This document shows, piece by piece, positions 27,643 through 41,610 of a stretch of DNA of 54,725 nt (positions are counted from its first letter, which is position 1; every line of letters starts with the position of its first letter). This DNA is from Bacilli bacterium (GTDB lineage: Bacteria; Bacillota_I; Bacilli_A; RFN20; CAG-826): NCBI GenBank assembly GCA_045601325.1, contig JAZRZI010000023.1, positions 1 to 54,725 of the forward strand, written 5' to 3'. The notes below the pieces were generated by a model. That model searched no databases. It was not told the origin of the DNA and saw only the letters and a program-made list of their open reading frames with translations. The position numbers were made by a program, and so were the translations under genes.

Positions 27643-27705
27643 GCTCAAATAATTCATCCCCCACCTACATATACATTTAGACGATAGGGGCTTCTTACTG
27701 ATTGC
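27643..27705 (-). mobile_element. Isolated hairpin resembling an IS200/IS605-family end
   Basis: CAGTAA-GAAG-CCCC...TAGGTGGGGG-ATGAA-TTATTTG nested stem; no transposase nearby. Confidence 0.45.
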
Positions 27706-27805
27706 TAGATAAATTGAAACATACTTTACATTGTTTTAAACAAAAAAATAGCAAACTAATAATTAAGTCCGCTATTTTAGAGTTTATTCACTAAGATTAA
27801 GTAGG

Positions 27806-32016
<4,211 letters not shown>

Positions 32017-32033
32017 AGCAATATATTATCACA

Positions 32034-32507
32034 TTACATTAAATCATACAAGATAGTATCGTAACTACTTATGAACAAATCAATATAAGTTAATATCTTT
32101 TCACCACCCGCTAAATTAGCGAATACGTGTTTGTTCATTACATGAATTAATGTTGGTGTCCCTTCTATCCATACGTTATCAACTTTAGTGGCCCCAATTG
32201 TGCACTCTATATTATTTGATACAGGAATGTCTTTATTAAAATTAATTAAATAGATTGGGTAGATATCGCTTTCAATAAACTCAAAAATGTCATCTTTTAT
32301 TTGCTTACAATAATGACATGTTTCACTGTAGATATACGCAAAATATGAAGGTTCTGCAGGTAAAAACAGTTCATTCCATAACAAATTTAGTGAAGAATAA
32401 TGATCGTAAGAAACTTCTTTTTCATCCTCCTTTTCCACGACATTATTTTGCTTCACGCAGCCAATTAATAGAGGCGTAACAAACAAGGTAAATAATTTTT
32501 TCTTCAT
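32034..32507 (-). CDS. Thioredoxin-like lipoprotein
   Basis: Lipobox LIGC, CHYC and GTPTL. Confidence 0.7.
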   Translation of the reverse strand: MKKKLFTLFVTPLLIGCVKQNNVVEKEDEKEVSYDHYSSLNLLWNELFLPAEPSYFAYIYSETCHYCKQIKDDIFEFIESDIYPIYLINFNKDIPVSNNIECTIGATKVDNVWIEGTPTLIHVMNKHVFANLAGGEKILTYIDLFISSYDTILYDLM

Positions 32508-32573
32508 ATTATATATAAAGACAAAATTTTCGTTTTTTTATAAAAATATTTTCATAAATGCTAAAATGGATAT

Positions 32574-33482
32574 ATGTCCATTTTCAGAAAAAGAACTTCA
32601 TTAACAGAAAATATAACTTATATGGCCTTGATGGCGTCCATCAATGTCGTGTTTGTTTTAATATCCACTTTAGTGCCTGTCTTATTATTTTTATTAGTGT
32701 TCCTTCTTCCTTTAACCAGTGCAATCGTTACTGTGTTTTGTAAGAAAAGATACTATCCTATATACGCGATTGTAACTGTTAGTTTATGCATGATTGTGAC
32801 GATGTGGAATATTGGAGATACATTCTATTATGTCATCCCTTCACTTTTCACTGGTTTCTTATTTGGGGTGTTATTTTCTAAAAAGATTTCTGTCTCATCA
32901 TTAATTTTATTGACAACATTTGTCCAAGTACTTCTAAGCTATGGATGTATCTTTATATTCGAAATATTAACAGAACGTAACTTCCTAAATGATATGACAT
33001 CAATCATAGGCTTAAGCAATTATCTATATCTCAGTTATATAAAGAGCATTTTCTTATTTGGAATATCTTTAATTCAAACTATTTTTAGCTTCGCGGTTAT
33101 AAACGAAGAACTTCCTAAATTTGGTGAAGATTATGTTGATAACCCTAAAGAAGGTTTAATTAATGGGATTTCTATAATAGCTTTATCAGCATTGACATTA
33201 ACATTTGCTTTCTTCTATGGTGAACTATCTTATTTATTCATGTTATCTTCATTGCTAATTGGAATTAATGAATTCGTATCTATAATGGCGGGTAAAAACA
33301 CTAGACTAATAATTGCCACTATTGTTACTACTATCGTGGCATTCTTTGTGTTTTCAATAACCTATAGTTCAATAGAGGCTCCTAAAGGTTTGTTGATGAT
33401 AGGAATAGTTCCATTATCAAATTCGATAATTGTTTTAGTGAATTATTTCATAAAACAAAGAAATAAAGTTATAATTAAATAG
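32574..33482 (+). CDS. Polytopic membrane protein (DUF2232-like)
   Basis: About 9 hydrophobic segments. Confidence 0.6.
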   Translation: MSIFRKRTSLTENITYMALMASINVVFVLISTLVPVLLFLLVFLLPLTSAIVTVFCKKRYYPIYAIVTVSLCMIVTMWNIGDTFYYVIPSLFTGFLFGVLFSKKISVSSLILLTTFVQVLLSYGCIFIFEILTERNFLNDMTSIIGLSNYLYLSYIKSIFLFGISLIQTIFSFAVINEELPKFGEDYVDNPKEGLINGISIIALSALTLTFAFFYGELSYLFMLSSLLIGINEFVSIMAGKNTRLIIATIVTTIVAFFVFSITYSSIEAPKGLLMIGIVPLSNSIIVLVNYFIKQRNKVIIK

Positions 33483-33486
33483 GCTT

Positions 33487-34089
33487 ATGGTTAAATTCTT
33501 TAAAGGTTTCGGAAAAGGCATTCTATATCTATTCGTACTACCATTTTGTTTAGTGTTTTTAACACTATTTGGAATAGCAGGAATATTTATGGTTATTTTC
33601 TTATTCGTTAAATCAATTGTTTTATTCTTCCAAGGTCGTTCTTTAAATATTGAATTGCCAGAAGATGAACAAGCTAAACGCATAATGATTAGAGAGTCCG
33701 CGGTTGTTGATCCAGTAATAGATACTAATCCAGCTCCTAGTCAATCTCCTGCACCAAGTCAATCATATCAAGAGAGTTTATATCAAGCTACATTCGCAGA
33801 AGGGCTAATCCAACCATCTCCTGAATCATATCAATATCAACAATCAACGAGAGAAGAAAAGGTTGAAGAAACTAATGAAGTAAAAGTTGAAGAACCAGTA
33901 ATAGAAGAACAAAAAGAAGTTGCTGAAGTTATCATCAATAATGAAGCTGAAGAAATCGCACCTTCAGATCATATTGATGAAATATCTATAACAGATCAAT
34001 ACGTTCCACGCACTCCAAAACAGCAAGAGTACGTAGAAGATACTTTAAATAACAACAACGATGATGACGATATAGACATCAATTTTTAA
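33487..34089 (+). CDS. Membrane-anchored protein with an acidic disordered tail
   Basis: N-terminal hydrophobic hairpin; tail rich in E, P and Q. Confidence 0.65.
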   Translation: MVKFFKGFGKGILYLFVLPFCLVFLTLFGIAGIFMVIFLFVKSIVLFFQGRSLNIELPEDEQAKRIMIRESAVVDPVIDTNPAPSQSPAPSQSYQESLYQATFAEGLIQPSPESYQYQQSTREEKVEETNEVKVEEPVIEEQKEVAEVIINNEAEEIAPSDHIDEISITDQYVPRTPKQQEYVEDTLNNNNDDDDIDINF

Positions 34090-34106
34090 GCTAGAAAGGA
34101 GGCAAT

Positions 34107-34856
34107 ATGAATATATTATTACAATTAAGTGAAAACGATAAAAGATTCCTATTTGTCATCCTTTTAGTGTTTATTTTAGTCTTCGTTCTTATCGGTTATA
34201 TCGGCATGCTCATAGTAAGAGTGATGAAACGCCAAGGCAAGAAACTAGATAGTTATGTCGCTCCTGTTGTGAAATTAAAAGTCATCACCGATAAAAAGAA
34301 ATTCAAAAAATACGCTAGAAAGAAAAACTGGATTATATTTTATAAGCAAGCCCGTATTCCAGTCCTCATCTTATTAGTGGGTGTATTAATCTTAATCGTT
34401 AGAAATGCTATCGTAGGTAACTTTGCCTATAATCCATTCCATCAACCATATTGGGTGGATACAGGCTTTGTGGATGACTTAGGTAATCCAATAATGGAAT
34501 TGCATAGTAAGTCATTCTCTTCTTTATTATGGATATGGGAATGGAAGATAGTCATAAAAGAAGGAACATTATCTATTCCTCCAATCAAATGCATTCATAA
34601 CCCTGAATTTGTCCCAGAAGCTATACCATCTTATTTATTTGTTCTTAGCTTATTAGTGGGTGGTTTATGGTATTTATACACAGTTCAAGCATTCATCGCT
34701 AGAGAAATAAGAATAAGAAAATTAAGCGATACAGTGTTCTCTATTAACTTAGATAATTACAGTCAAATAGATGACACAGCAAATAGTTTAAATCAACAAG
34801 TTAATCAAAATCCAAATCCACAAAATCCAAGCGATATAAATAATATCAATCTATAA
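34107..34856 (+). CDS. Hypothetical membrane protein
   Basis: RBS AAAGGAGG; 3 TM segments. Confidence 0.7.
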   Translation: MNILLQLSENDKRFLFVILLVFILVFVLIGYIGMLIVRVMKRQGKKLDSYVAPVVKLKVITDKKKFKKYARKKNWIIFYKQARIPVLILLVGVLILIVRNAIVGNFAYNPFHQPYWVDTGFVDDLGNPIMELHSKSFSSLLWIWEWKIVIKEGTLSIPPIKCIHNPEFVPEAIPSYLFVLSLLVGGLWYLYTVQAFIAREIRIRKLSDTVFSINLDNYSQIDDTANSLNQQVNQNPNPQNPSDINNINL

Positions 34857-34884
34857 GAAAAGTCCTGTAAAGCAGGACTCTTTT
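34857..34884. terminator. Bidirectional terminator
   Basis: AAAAGTCCTG-TAAAG-CAGGACTCTTTT. Confidence 0.75.
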
Positions 34885-35035
34885 ATTTGTCGGACATTGC
34901 TATCACCATTTGGAAGATAAGATAGCCAACAGTTAATATATCAAGTGCGATAAGCGCCCACAATAGACGTTTATTTCTTTTTGCCTTTCTTTCTTGCTCA
35001 CCAGCAACATTAGGAGTTAATTGTTCTTCTGACAT
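34883..35035 (-). CDS. 50-aa single-pass membrane protein (not in the ORF track)
   Basis: MSEEQLTPNVAGEQERKAKRNKRLLWALIALDILTVGYLIFQMVIAMSDK; AGGTG RBS overlapping the asnS stop; ends at a terminator. Confidence 0.7.
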   Translation of the reverse strand: MSEEQLTPNVAGEQERKAKRNKRLLWALIALDILTVGYLIFQMVIAMSDK

Positions 35036-35043
35036 AAACGCAC

Positions 35044-36435
35044 CTAGTATTTGATTTGATTAGATGTACGTGGATAAGGTTGAACATCTCTAATGTTTTG
35101 CATACCTGTGATGTACATGAGCATACGATCAAAGCCAATACCGAAACCAGAGTGACGGCATCCACCATATCTACGAGTATCTAAGTACCAGTTTAGTTCT
35201 TCGGCGATTCCAAGCTCATCCATTTTGGCTTTTAATAAGTCATAACGTTCTTCTCTTTGACTGCCACCGACAAGTTCACCAACTCCTGGCACTAATAAGT
35301 CACATGCCGCAACTGTTTTACCATCATCATTTTGACGCATATAGAATGCTTTGATTTCTTTTGGATAATCAATTAAGAATAATGGTCCTTTTACCACTTG
35401 TTCAGTTATATATCTTTCATGTTCACTTTGTAAATCCATACCCCATTCAATGTTGTTGTTTTCAAAGACATGACCGTTATTGACGGCTTCTTTCAGTAAT
35501 TCAATACCTTCTGTATAGGTCATCTTTTTGAATTCACTGCTAGTGACATGATGTAATCTTTCTAACAATGTTTTATCAATCATATCGTTGAAGAATTTCA
35601 TTTCTTCAGGGCATGCTGTTTCAACATATTCAATGCAGAATTTAATGCAATCTTCAATTAAATTCATATTATCAGATAAATCTGCAAATGCGATTTCAGG
35701 TTCAACCATCCAGAATTCACTAGCGTGTCTAACTGTATTAGAATGTTCCGCTCTAAAGACAGGTCCAAATGTATAAACATCTCTAAATGCTAATGCAAAT
35801 GGTTCAACGTGTAATTGGCCAGTAACAGTTAAATTAACTTTGTGGCCATAGAATTCAAATGGATCTTTTGTGTCGTGAGTTGTGACATCAAAAACGTTAC
35901 CCGCACCTTCACCATCGTTAGTGGTAATTTCAGGTGTGTGCACATAAATGAATCCTCTTGATTGGAAGAACTCATGAATAGCCATAGATAAAACACTTCT
36001 AACTCTATAGACAGCTTGGAATGTATTTGCTCTAGGACGAATATGAGCAATTTCTCTTAAGAATTCAAAACTATGTCTTTTCTTTTGAAGAGGATAGTCA
36101 TCAGCGACATCACCTTCAAGTTCACATTCTAAAACCAACACTTCAAAAGGTTGTTTATTTTCAGGTGTTAATTTAACTTCACCAACCACTCTAATAGCAG
36201 AGCCAGTTCTTAAAGCAGTTAATACATCATAGTTTGCGGATTCTTTGTTATAAACGAGTTGAACATTCTTAAAATAAGTACCATCGTTGAATTCAATAAA
36301 TCCAATTGAACCATTGTCACGATTGGTTCTTACCCATCCCTCTAATTCCACTACATTAGTAGCAGCTAATTCTTCTTCGTCATTATTAATTACAATGTCG
36401 AATAAATCAAAGTTTGTCATTTTAATAGGTTCCAT
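35044..36435 (-). CDS. asnS: Asparagine--tRNA ligase
   Basis: YPLQKK.HS.EFLR, LTVTGQL, FRAE.SNT.RH.SEFWM.EPE and GGSQREER motifs. Confidence 0.97.
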   Translation of the reverse strand: MEPIKMTNFDLFDIVINNDEEELAATNVVELEGWVRTNRDNGSIGFIEFNDGTYFKNVQLVYNKESANYDVLTALRTGSAIRVVGEVKLTPENKQPFEVLVLECELEGDVADDYPLQKKRHSFEFLREIAHIRPRANTFQAVYRVRSVLSMAIHEFFQSRGFIYVHTPEITTNDGEGAGNVFDVTTHDTKDPFEFYGHKVNLTVTGQLHVEPFALAFRDVYTFGPVFRAEHSNTVRHASEFWMVEPEIAFADLSDNMNLIEDCIKFCIEYVETACPEEMKFFNDMIDKTLLERLHHVTSSEFKKMTYTEGIELLKEAVNNGHVFENNNIEWGMDLQSEHERYITEQVVKGPLFLIDYPKEIKAFYMRQNDDGKTVAACDLLVPGVGELVGGSQREERYDLLKAKMDELGIAEELNWYLDTRRYGGCRHSGFGIGFDRMLMYITGMQNIRDVQPYPRTSNQIKY

Positions 36436-36482
36436 AAATTGCCTCCGTAAAATTAATTATACTCAATGATTTTTTTAAATCA

Positions 36483-37496
36483 TTAAAATTTATCGTAATC
36501 TTCAATACTCCAGTTAGGGTCAACGCCTAAATCAAGGCCTGCAAAAATCTTTCTTTCGTATAATCTTTCCGCAACTTTTGCAATCATAGCAGCGTTATCG
36601 GTACAGCACCACATAGGTGGAATATTAATCTTAATACCAAGAGCTTCCATTTCTCTTTTTATCTCACTTCTTAGAAATGAGTTAGCGGAAACTCCACCTG
36701 CTAATATAACTTCTTTAACGCCAAATTCTTGAGCAGCCTTAATAGCGCGTTCCACTACTAAACCAACTGCAACATCTTGGAATGATTTGCACATATTAGG
36801 AACATTAATCTCTTCACCTCTTTGCTCTAATTTATGAACAAGGTTGATGACATTAGTTTTAAGTCCTGAATATGATAAATCATATGTAGCTTCACCTCTT
36901 AAAGGTTTAGGCAAATCATAAGTGTGCTCACCAGTAGCCGCTAATCTATCAATAGGGATACCGCCAGGATAAGGTAATCCAAGAACTCTAGCGACCTTAT
37001 CATAGCATTCACCAATCGCATCATCTCTAGTCTCACCAATAATCTTAAATTTAAGGTGATCTTCCATGATAACTAGTTCACTATTACCACCACTAACAAC
37101 GACTGCTAATAATGGAAATTGCAAGGTATCTACATATTCATTTGCGTATATGTGTCCAGTTAAGTGATGAACTGGAATAAGAGGCTTTTTATATAGCATT
37201 GCTAGTGTTTTCGCGCATTGTAAACCTACGTGTAACGCACCGATTAAGCCAGGTCCACGAGTTACTGCAAATGCATCGATATCCTCTAATTTAATATTAG
37301 CTTGTTCAAGAGCTTCAGTTAAAACTACACCGATATTCTCAGCGTGTAAGCGTGATGCTATTTCAGGCATAACGCCACCATATTTTCTATGTACTTCGAT
37401 TTGAGTAGAGACAACATTAGAAAGAAGTTCGCCATTACGAGTAATAGCAACGGATGTTTCATCGCAACTAGATTCTATAGCAAGTATAACTGCCAT
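36483..37496 (-). CDS. tsaD: t6A threonylcarbamoyltransferase
   Basis: IESSCDET, GGV.PE.ASR.H, HH..GH and TDNAAM motifs. Confidence 0.97.
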   Translation of the reverse strand: MAVILAIESSCDETSVAITRNGELLSNVVSTQIEVHRKYGGVMPEIASRLHAENIGVVLTEALEQANIKLEDIDAFAVTRGPGLIGALHVGLQCAKTLAMLYKKPLIPVHHLTGHIYANEYVDTLQFPLLAVVVSGGNSELVIMEDHLKFKIIGETRDDAIGECYDKVARVLGLPYPGGIPIDRLAATGEHTYDLPKPLRGEATYDLSYSGLKTNVINLVHKLEQRGEEINVPNMCKSFQDVAVGLVVERAIKAAQEFGVKEVILAGGVSANSFLRSEIKREMEALGIKINIPPMWCCTDNAAMIAKVAERLYERKIFAGLDLGVDPNWSIEDYDKF

Positions 37497-37949
37497 TTAC
37501 ATTTCCACCTTTCTAATCATGTAATAAGCGTCATCACCATTTGTGTAATAATGAGGCTTAACAAGAATGTTTTCAAAATTGTGTTTCTTATATAAGTTGA
37601 TAGCTTTGGAATTATTCACTCTAACTTCCAAAGTGATAAATTCTACTTTCTTAGCATGGCAATCGCTAATCATTTCATCCATTAGCATATCCGCTAGATG
37701 TTGTTTTTGATAATCTGGATGAACTGCAATTTGAGCTAGTGTTGCAGAGTCAAAGGTATGCCAATAATCAATAAAACCAATGACTTTATTTTGATATTCA
37801 AGAACATAGAATACGCTCACAGGGTTTTCATTAAGTTCATAAGCGATACCTTTTTCATTCCACGGAGCAAGAAAACAAAGTTTTTCTATTTCTAACAAGC
37901 TTTGAATATCTTCTTTTGTAGCGGGTCTAATATCAACTGAGTTAAGCAT
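37497..37949 (-). CDS. rimI: Ribosomal-protein-alanine N-acetyltransferase
   Basis: LEVRVNN..AI.LY motif; tsaB-rimI-tsaD synteny. Confidence 0.92.
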   Translation of the reverse strand: MLNSVDIRPATKEDIQSLLEIEKLCFLAPWNEKGIAYELNENPVSVFYVLEYQNKVIGFIDYWHTFDSATLAQIAVHPDYQKQHLADMLMDEMISDCHAKKVEFITLEVRVNNSKAINLYKKHNFENILVKPHYYTNGDDAYYMIRKVEM

Positions 37950-37950
37950 A

Positions 37951-38538
37951 TTAGTCCTTCATATAAACAGGGGATAATGCTAAAGGATTTTCAATTTCTT
38001 TAAGATTATCTTTAATTAAGAATATTTGTTTAACTAAGTCAGTAACTTTACCTTCAATACCTAAATACTTAGTATTACCACATACGGAATAATTAGGATT
38101 ATCTTTGATATAGTTAAGAACTTGTTCATTAGTCATAATGCAATCATTTAATAAGCATTTATCACTATGATAAACACCAATATAGGAACGACTACTTCTT
38201 GCGTTTATTAAACAAATAGATGGATTATTATCGTCTTTAAGAGCTTGCAAAGATGAAAACGGATATACTTTGCATTTAAGTGCCGCTGCTAAAGTCTTTG
38301 CGATGGTAACAGCAATACGCACACCTGTGTAGCTGCCAGGTCCAAGAGCAACATAAACACTTTCAATGTTGTCATTATTAATGGAATATTTTTCTAATAA
38401 CGCATTGATTTCTGGAATCATATGTTCTGATTGAGCTTGCCAACACTCATATGAAACAGAATCAAATATTTCCTCTTCGTTTATTAAGCCAACAGATAGA
38501 AGAGTTGTAGAAGAATCTAAAACTAAAGAATATTTCAT
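37951..38538 (-). CDS. tsaB: t6A biosynthesis protein TsaB
   Basis: GPGSYTGVRI motif. Confidence 0.95.
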   Translation of the reverse strand: MKYSLVLDSSTTLLSVGLINEEEIFDSVSYECWQAQSEHMIPEINALLEKYSINNDNIESVYVALGPGSYTGVRIAVTIAKTLAAALKCKVYPFSSLQALKDDNNPSICLINARSSRSYIGVYHSDKCLLNDCIMTNEQVLNYIKDNPNYSVCGNTKYLGIEGKVTDLVKQIFLIKDNLKEIENPLALSPVYMKD

Positions 38539-38981
38539 TTCAAAGCCTCTATTAATTTTTGATTTTCAGTTTTAATGGTGATTTTACGTTCGTTTTCACC
38601 AAGATTGTTAATTGTAAAACTAATCGCATCACTAGGAATAAGCTTCTTAACATACATAGGCCATTCAATAACAGTGATACCAGTTTCATAACCGATATAT
38701 TCATCCAATCCAATATCTGTATCGATATCAGCAAGACGATAAGCATCTATATGCACTAAAGGCTTATTTCCCTTTAAATAGATTTTCATAATATTGAAAG
38801 TTGGTGATTGAACAACTTCATTAATATTTAATCCTCTAGCAATACCTCTTACCATCGTGGTTTTACCAGCACCCAAGTCACCTTCAAATGTTAAAACTGC
38901 ACCATCAGGTAAAATATCTGCTAGTTTAATTCCAAGCGAAATTGTTTCTTCAGAAGAATGTGTAAAAATTGTAAGTTCCAT
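38535..38981 (-). CDS. tsaE: t6A biosynthesis ATPase TsaE
   Basis: GDLGAGKTT, SPTF, HIDAYRL and IEW motifs. Confidence 0.96.
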   Translation of the reverse strand: MELTIFTHSSEETISLGIKLADILPDGAVLTFEGDLGAGKTTMVRGIARGLNINEVVQSPTFNIMKIYLKGNKPLVHIDAYRLADIDTDIGLDEYIGYETGITVIEWPMYVKKLIPSDAISFTINNLGENERKITIKTENQKLIEALK

Positions 38982-38986
38982 AATAT

Positions 38987-39517
38987 TTACTCTTTATTAG
39001 TCATCGATAAATACTTATCGTAATATTCTTTAATCTTAGAATCATCAAATGGATATTGCTTTGATTTCATCAATTTCATGATTTCGTTAGTTTGATACTT
39101 TAAAACAATATCAAGTTCATTACTGTAGTTATACAAGCTCTTATGATGAGCATATTCTTTTTCATCTAAAATGCGAATGTTGCCATCAGGGAATAGCTTT
39201 GTATCCAAATCATAATCAATATATTTAATATTCTCCATTTCCACTAAAGAAGGAGAAGCAATATTACAGTAATAACAAATACCATCAGGCTTAATCATGC
39301 AAATGACATTCCACCATTCTTTTTTAGAGAAGATAGTGACGGCAGGTTCTTTAGTAAACCAGCGCCTTCCATTTGCTTCAATAACTTTAGCTTTCTTAGT
39401 GGCGACAATAATAAAATCATCATCGTTGTAGACGACTAAACCACGATCCCAACATCTATGGATCTTGCCATCGTGTTTATAACATTGAATGCCTAACCAT
39501 CTACCCACTAAATTCAT
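38987..39517 (-). CDS. DUF402-family nucleoside tri/diphosphatase (Ntdp-like)
   Basis: YKHDG.IHR.W, W.TKEPA, YYCNIASP and YIDYDLD motifs. Confidence 0.9.
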   Translation of the reverse strand: MNLVGRWLGIQCYKHDGKIHRCWDRGLVVYNDDDFIIVATKKAKVIEANGRRWFTKEPAVTIFSKKEWWNVICMIKPDGICYYCNIASPSLVEMENIKYIDYDLDTKLFPDGNIRILDEKEYAHHKSLYNYSNELDIVLKYQTNEIMKLMKSKQYPFDDSKIKEYYDKYLSMTNKE

Positions 39518-39519
39518 AA

Positions 39520-40518
39520 TTATTCCTTAATTGAATCCTTAAATGCTGCAAAAACAGTGTGCAAATCACCATTAAATTGTTCTACACCACTGTTATCAAA
39601 TTTAGAGGCAAAAGGCAATGTGATTGCAATATCATCATAAGACAAATAACAAATAGTTTTGCCGGCCCAAATAGCGACAGTGAACGCTAAAAGGTGATCC
39701 TTAACTTGAACTTTTTCTAATAGTGAAACAAACTTAGTACCTAAGTCTTCTTTATATTTTGCGTCTTTAGGACCATATAATTTTGTACTTTCATTTTCAT
39801 ATAAAAGTTCTAAATCATCTATTGCATCTGGTGTATCAGTAGCGACACTACCTTGTTTGACTAATAAATATCTGCCTTCAAAGTGGAAATCATTAGGTAA
39901 GAAAATAATCTTTCCAACAAAGTTAGTGATTTGACTTCTCTTAACTGTTTCTTTATAAATTCCAACTTCAGCAACCTTAAAAGTTCTATCAAGGTATTTA
40001 CCATTGATAACATTTCTAGAAACAACGCTTTCAATTTTCTTGTAAACCCCATCAGCATATATTTCATTTAAATCAATCTTTTCAGCGGAATCATATGTAG
40101 CCACGCTAAATTCAGTATTTTTAAATAAATATGCATTGATAGCAGTGTAACTAGTTGCGATATAAGATTTAAAATCTGGTCTAGCTATTCTTTTATTAAT
40201 AATAGATAACACTATCAAAATAATAATTGCTAAACCAACAAATACCCATACCAAATAGGACATCCAACCAAATTGTTCTTTATTCTTATCAGAAATAACC
40301 GCAAAAACTAAACAAAGAATGCAGCAAAAAGAAATAATGCCCATTCCTAAGCCAGCTCTTTTATTAGAACGTTTTTGACAAGCAGATAAGCCCTCGCGTT
40401 CAGTTTCTACGACATCGTAATAATTTTTATCGTTTTTATATGTTTTTAAATCTGTAAAAGTTGAAGGTTTTTCATCTTCAATTTTAAGTTCAGTGTTGTT
40501 ATTTAAATTCTCTTCCAT
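39520..40518 (-). CDS. Hypothetical protein with two N-terminal TM helices
   Basis: Long ORF in the operon; RBS GAGGTG. Confidence 0.7.
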   Translation of the reverse strand: MEENLNNNTELKIEDEKPSTFTDLKTYKNDKNYYDVVETEREGLSACQKRSNKRAGLGMGIISFCCILCLVFAVISDKNKEQFGWMSYLVWVFVGLAIIILIVLSIINKRIARPDFKSYIATSYTAINAYLFKNTEFSVATYDSAEKIDLNEIYADGVYKKIESVVSRNVINGKYLDRTFKVAEVGIYKETVKRSQITNFVGKIIFLPNDFHFEGRYLLVKQGSVATDTPDAIDDLELLYENESTKLYGPKDAKYKEDLGTKFVSLLEKVQVKDHLLAFTVAIWAGKTICYLSYDDIAITLPFASKFDNSGVEQFNGDLHTVFAAFKDSIKE

Positions 40519-40568
40519 AAGCACCTCTCTAATTAATATATCATATTAAATTAGTAATGGTTAGTTTT

Positions 40569-41474
40569 TCATTGTTTTTTAGAAAGTTGAATTAATGGTT
40601 TTAATAAGATTTGTAATCCAATCAATAAAAACGCTCCTGAAGGAAGAACATAAATCGCATTATAGCTTAAAGATTCAAAGAAAGTAATTGGTTGATAATA
40701 AATGATTCCCGATAAAGTGTGAGACAAAATTCGTATAGTTAGAACTAACAAAGTAACCACCACAATTTGAATTCTTTTTAATGTCATTTTACCTTGTTTA
40801 TTTAATATAGATTTAGAAAATAGTCCAAATAATGACATAGAGCCAAAAGCTAATAAATAATCAAATGGATAAGTTACAAATCCATAAGGATCAATTAGGC
40901 AATCCAACACTCCAAATATTAACCCACAAGAGATAATTCCCTTAACGAATCCTTTTCTTAAACAAAGGGCCGCTAATGGTATCATGACAAATGAAATAGA
41001 GCCACCATTTTGTCCGATTTTAATCTTAAAAAACGGCATGTCTAAAACTATCGCTGCCGCCACAAAAATAGCAATCTCAACAATATCTTTAATTCCAAGA
41101 CTATTTTGATCCATTACTCTAATAAAAGAGAAAACTAGATTAACAAATATAATACCTATCATCGTAATACAAGAATTCGTTATATTAATCAAGTCTCTAT
41201 TAATTGAATGAATGTTATGAAGTAGCTCTGGAACTACGACAAAACAAATGGAAGATATAAGCAAAAAGAAGAAGACAAGATTAGAAAACTTTTTATTAAT
41301 TGAACCCAAAATTAATGCTAAAACAGCAAGTAAAACACCTACGATTTGTAATATGGATATAAAAATATAGTTATTAATTAAACACAAGTTAAGCCCATCT
41401 ATTATGAATGTCGGAAAGAATATCATCGCGACAAACATAGCAAGAGAGACTATATGAAGATTTCGAGTTTTCAT
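40569..41474 (-). CDS. thiT: ECF thiamine S-component ThiT with an N-terminal membrane extension
   Basis: EIAIFVA.AIVLD...GGSIS..MIPL, DYLLAF, H.LSG and SLSYN..Y motifs; TPP riboswitch upstream. Confidence 0.85.
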   Translation of the reverse strand: MKTRNLHIVSLAMFVAMIFFPTFIIDGLNLCLINNYIFISILQIVGVLLAVLALILGSINKKFSNLVFFFLLISSICFVVVPELLHNIHSINRDLINITNSCITMIGIIFVNLVFSFIRVMDQNSLGIKDIVEIAIFVAAAIVLDMPFFKIKIGQNGGSISFVMIPLAALCLRKGFVKGIISCGLIFGVLDCLIDPYGFVTYPFDYLLAFGSMSLFGLFSKSILNKQGKMTLKRIQIVVVTLLVLTIRILSHTLSGIIYYQPITFFESLSYNAIYVLPSGAFLLIGLQILLKPLIQLSKKQ

Positions 41475-41475
41475 A

Positions 41476-41594
41476 AAAAATTCCTCCCGCTAACGGAGGA
41501 AAAAATCTTCATTCCTACGCCAGCATTATCTGGATCAGGTAAGGTCGACTCGAAGAAGAGTCCTCTCAGCCAGGTTCGCCTAGCTCCCGTAAAC
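41476..41594 (-). ncRNA. TPP riboswitch with an RBS-containing expression-platform hairpin
   Basis: GGGAGC...GGCTGAGA...GACC..ACCTGATCCAGATAATGCTGGCGTAGG; then TTCCTCC-GTTAGCG-GGAGGAA plus T-run before the ATG. Confidence 0.95.
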
Positions 41595-41610
41595 AATATA
41601 TACCGAATTT

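Noticed and set aside
27590-27790. T-box riboswitch upstream of gatCAB
   Set aside because: Lacks the GGTGGNACC antiterminator bulge and a recognisable stem I.
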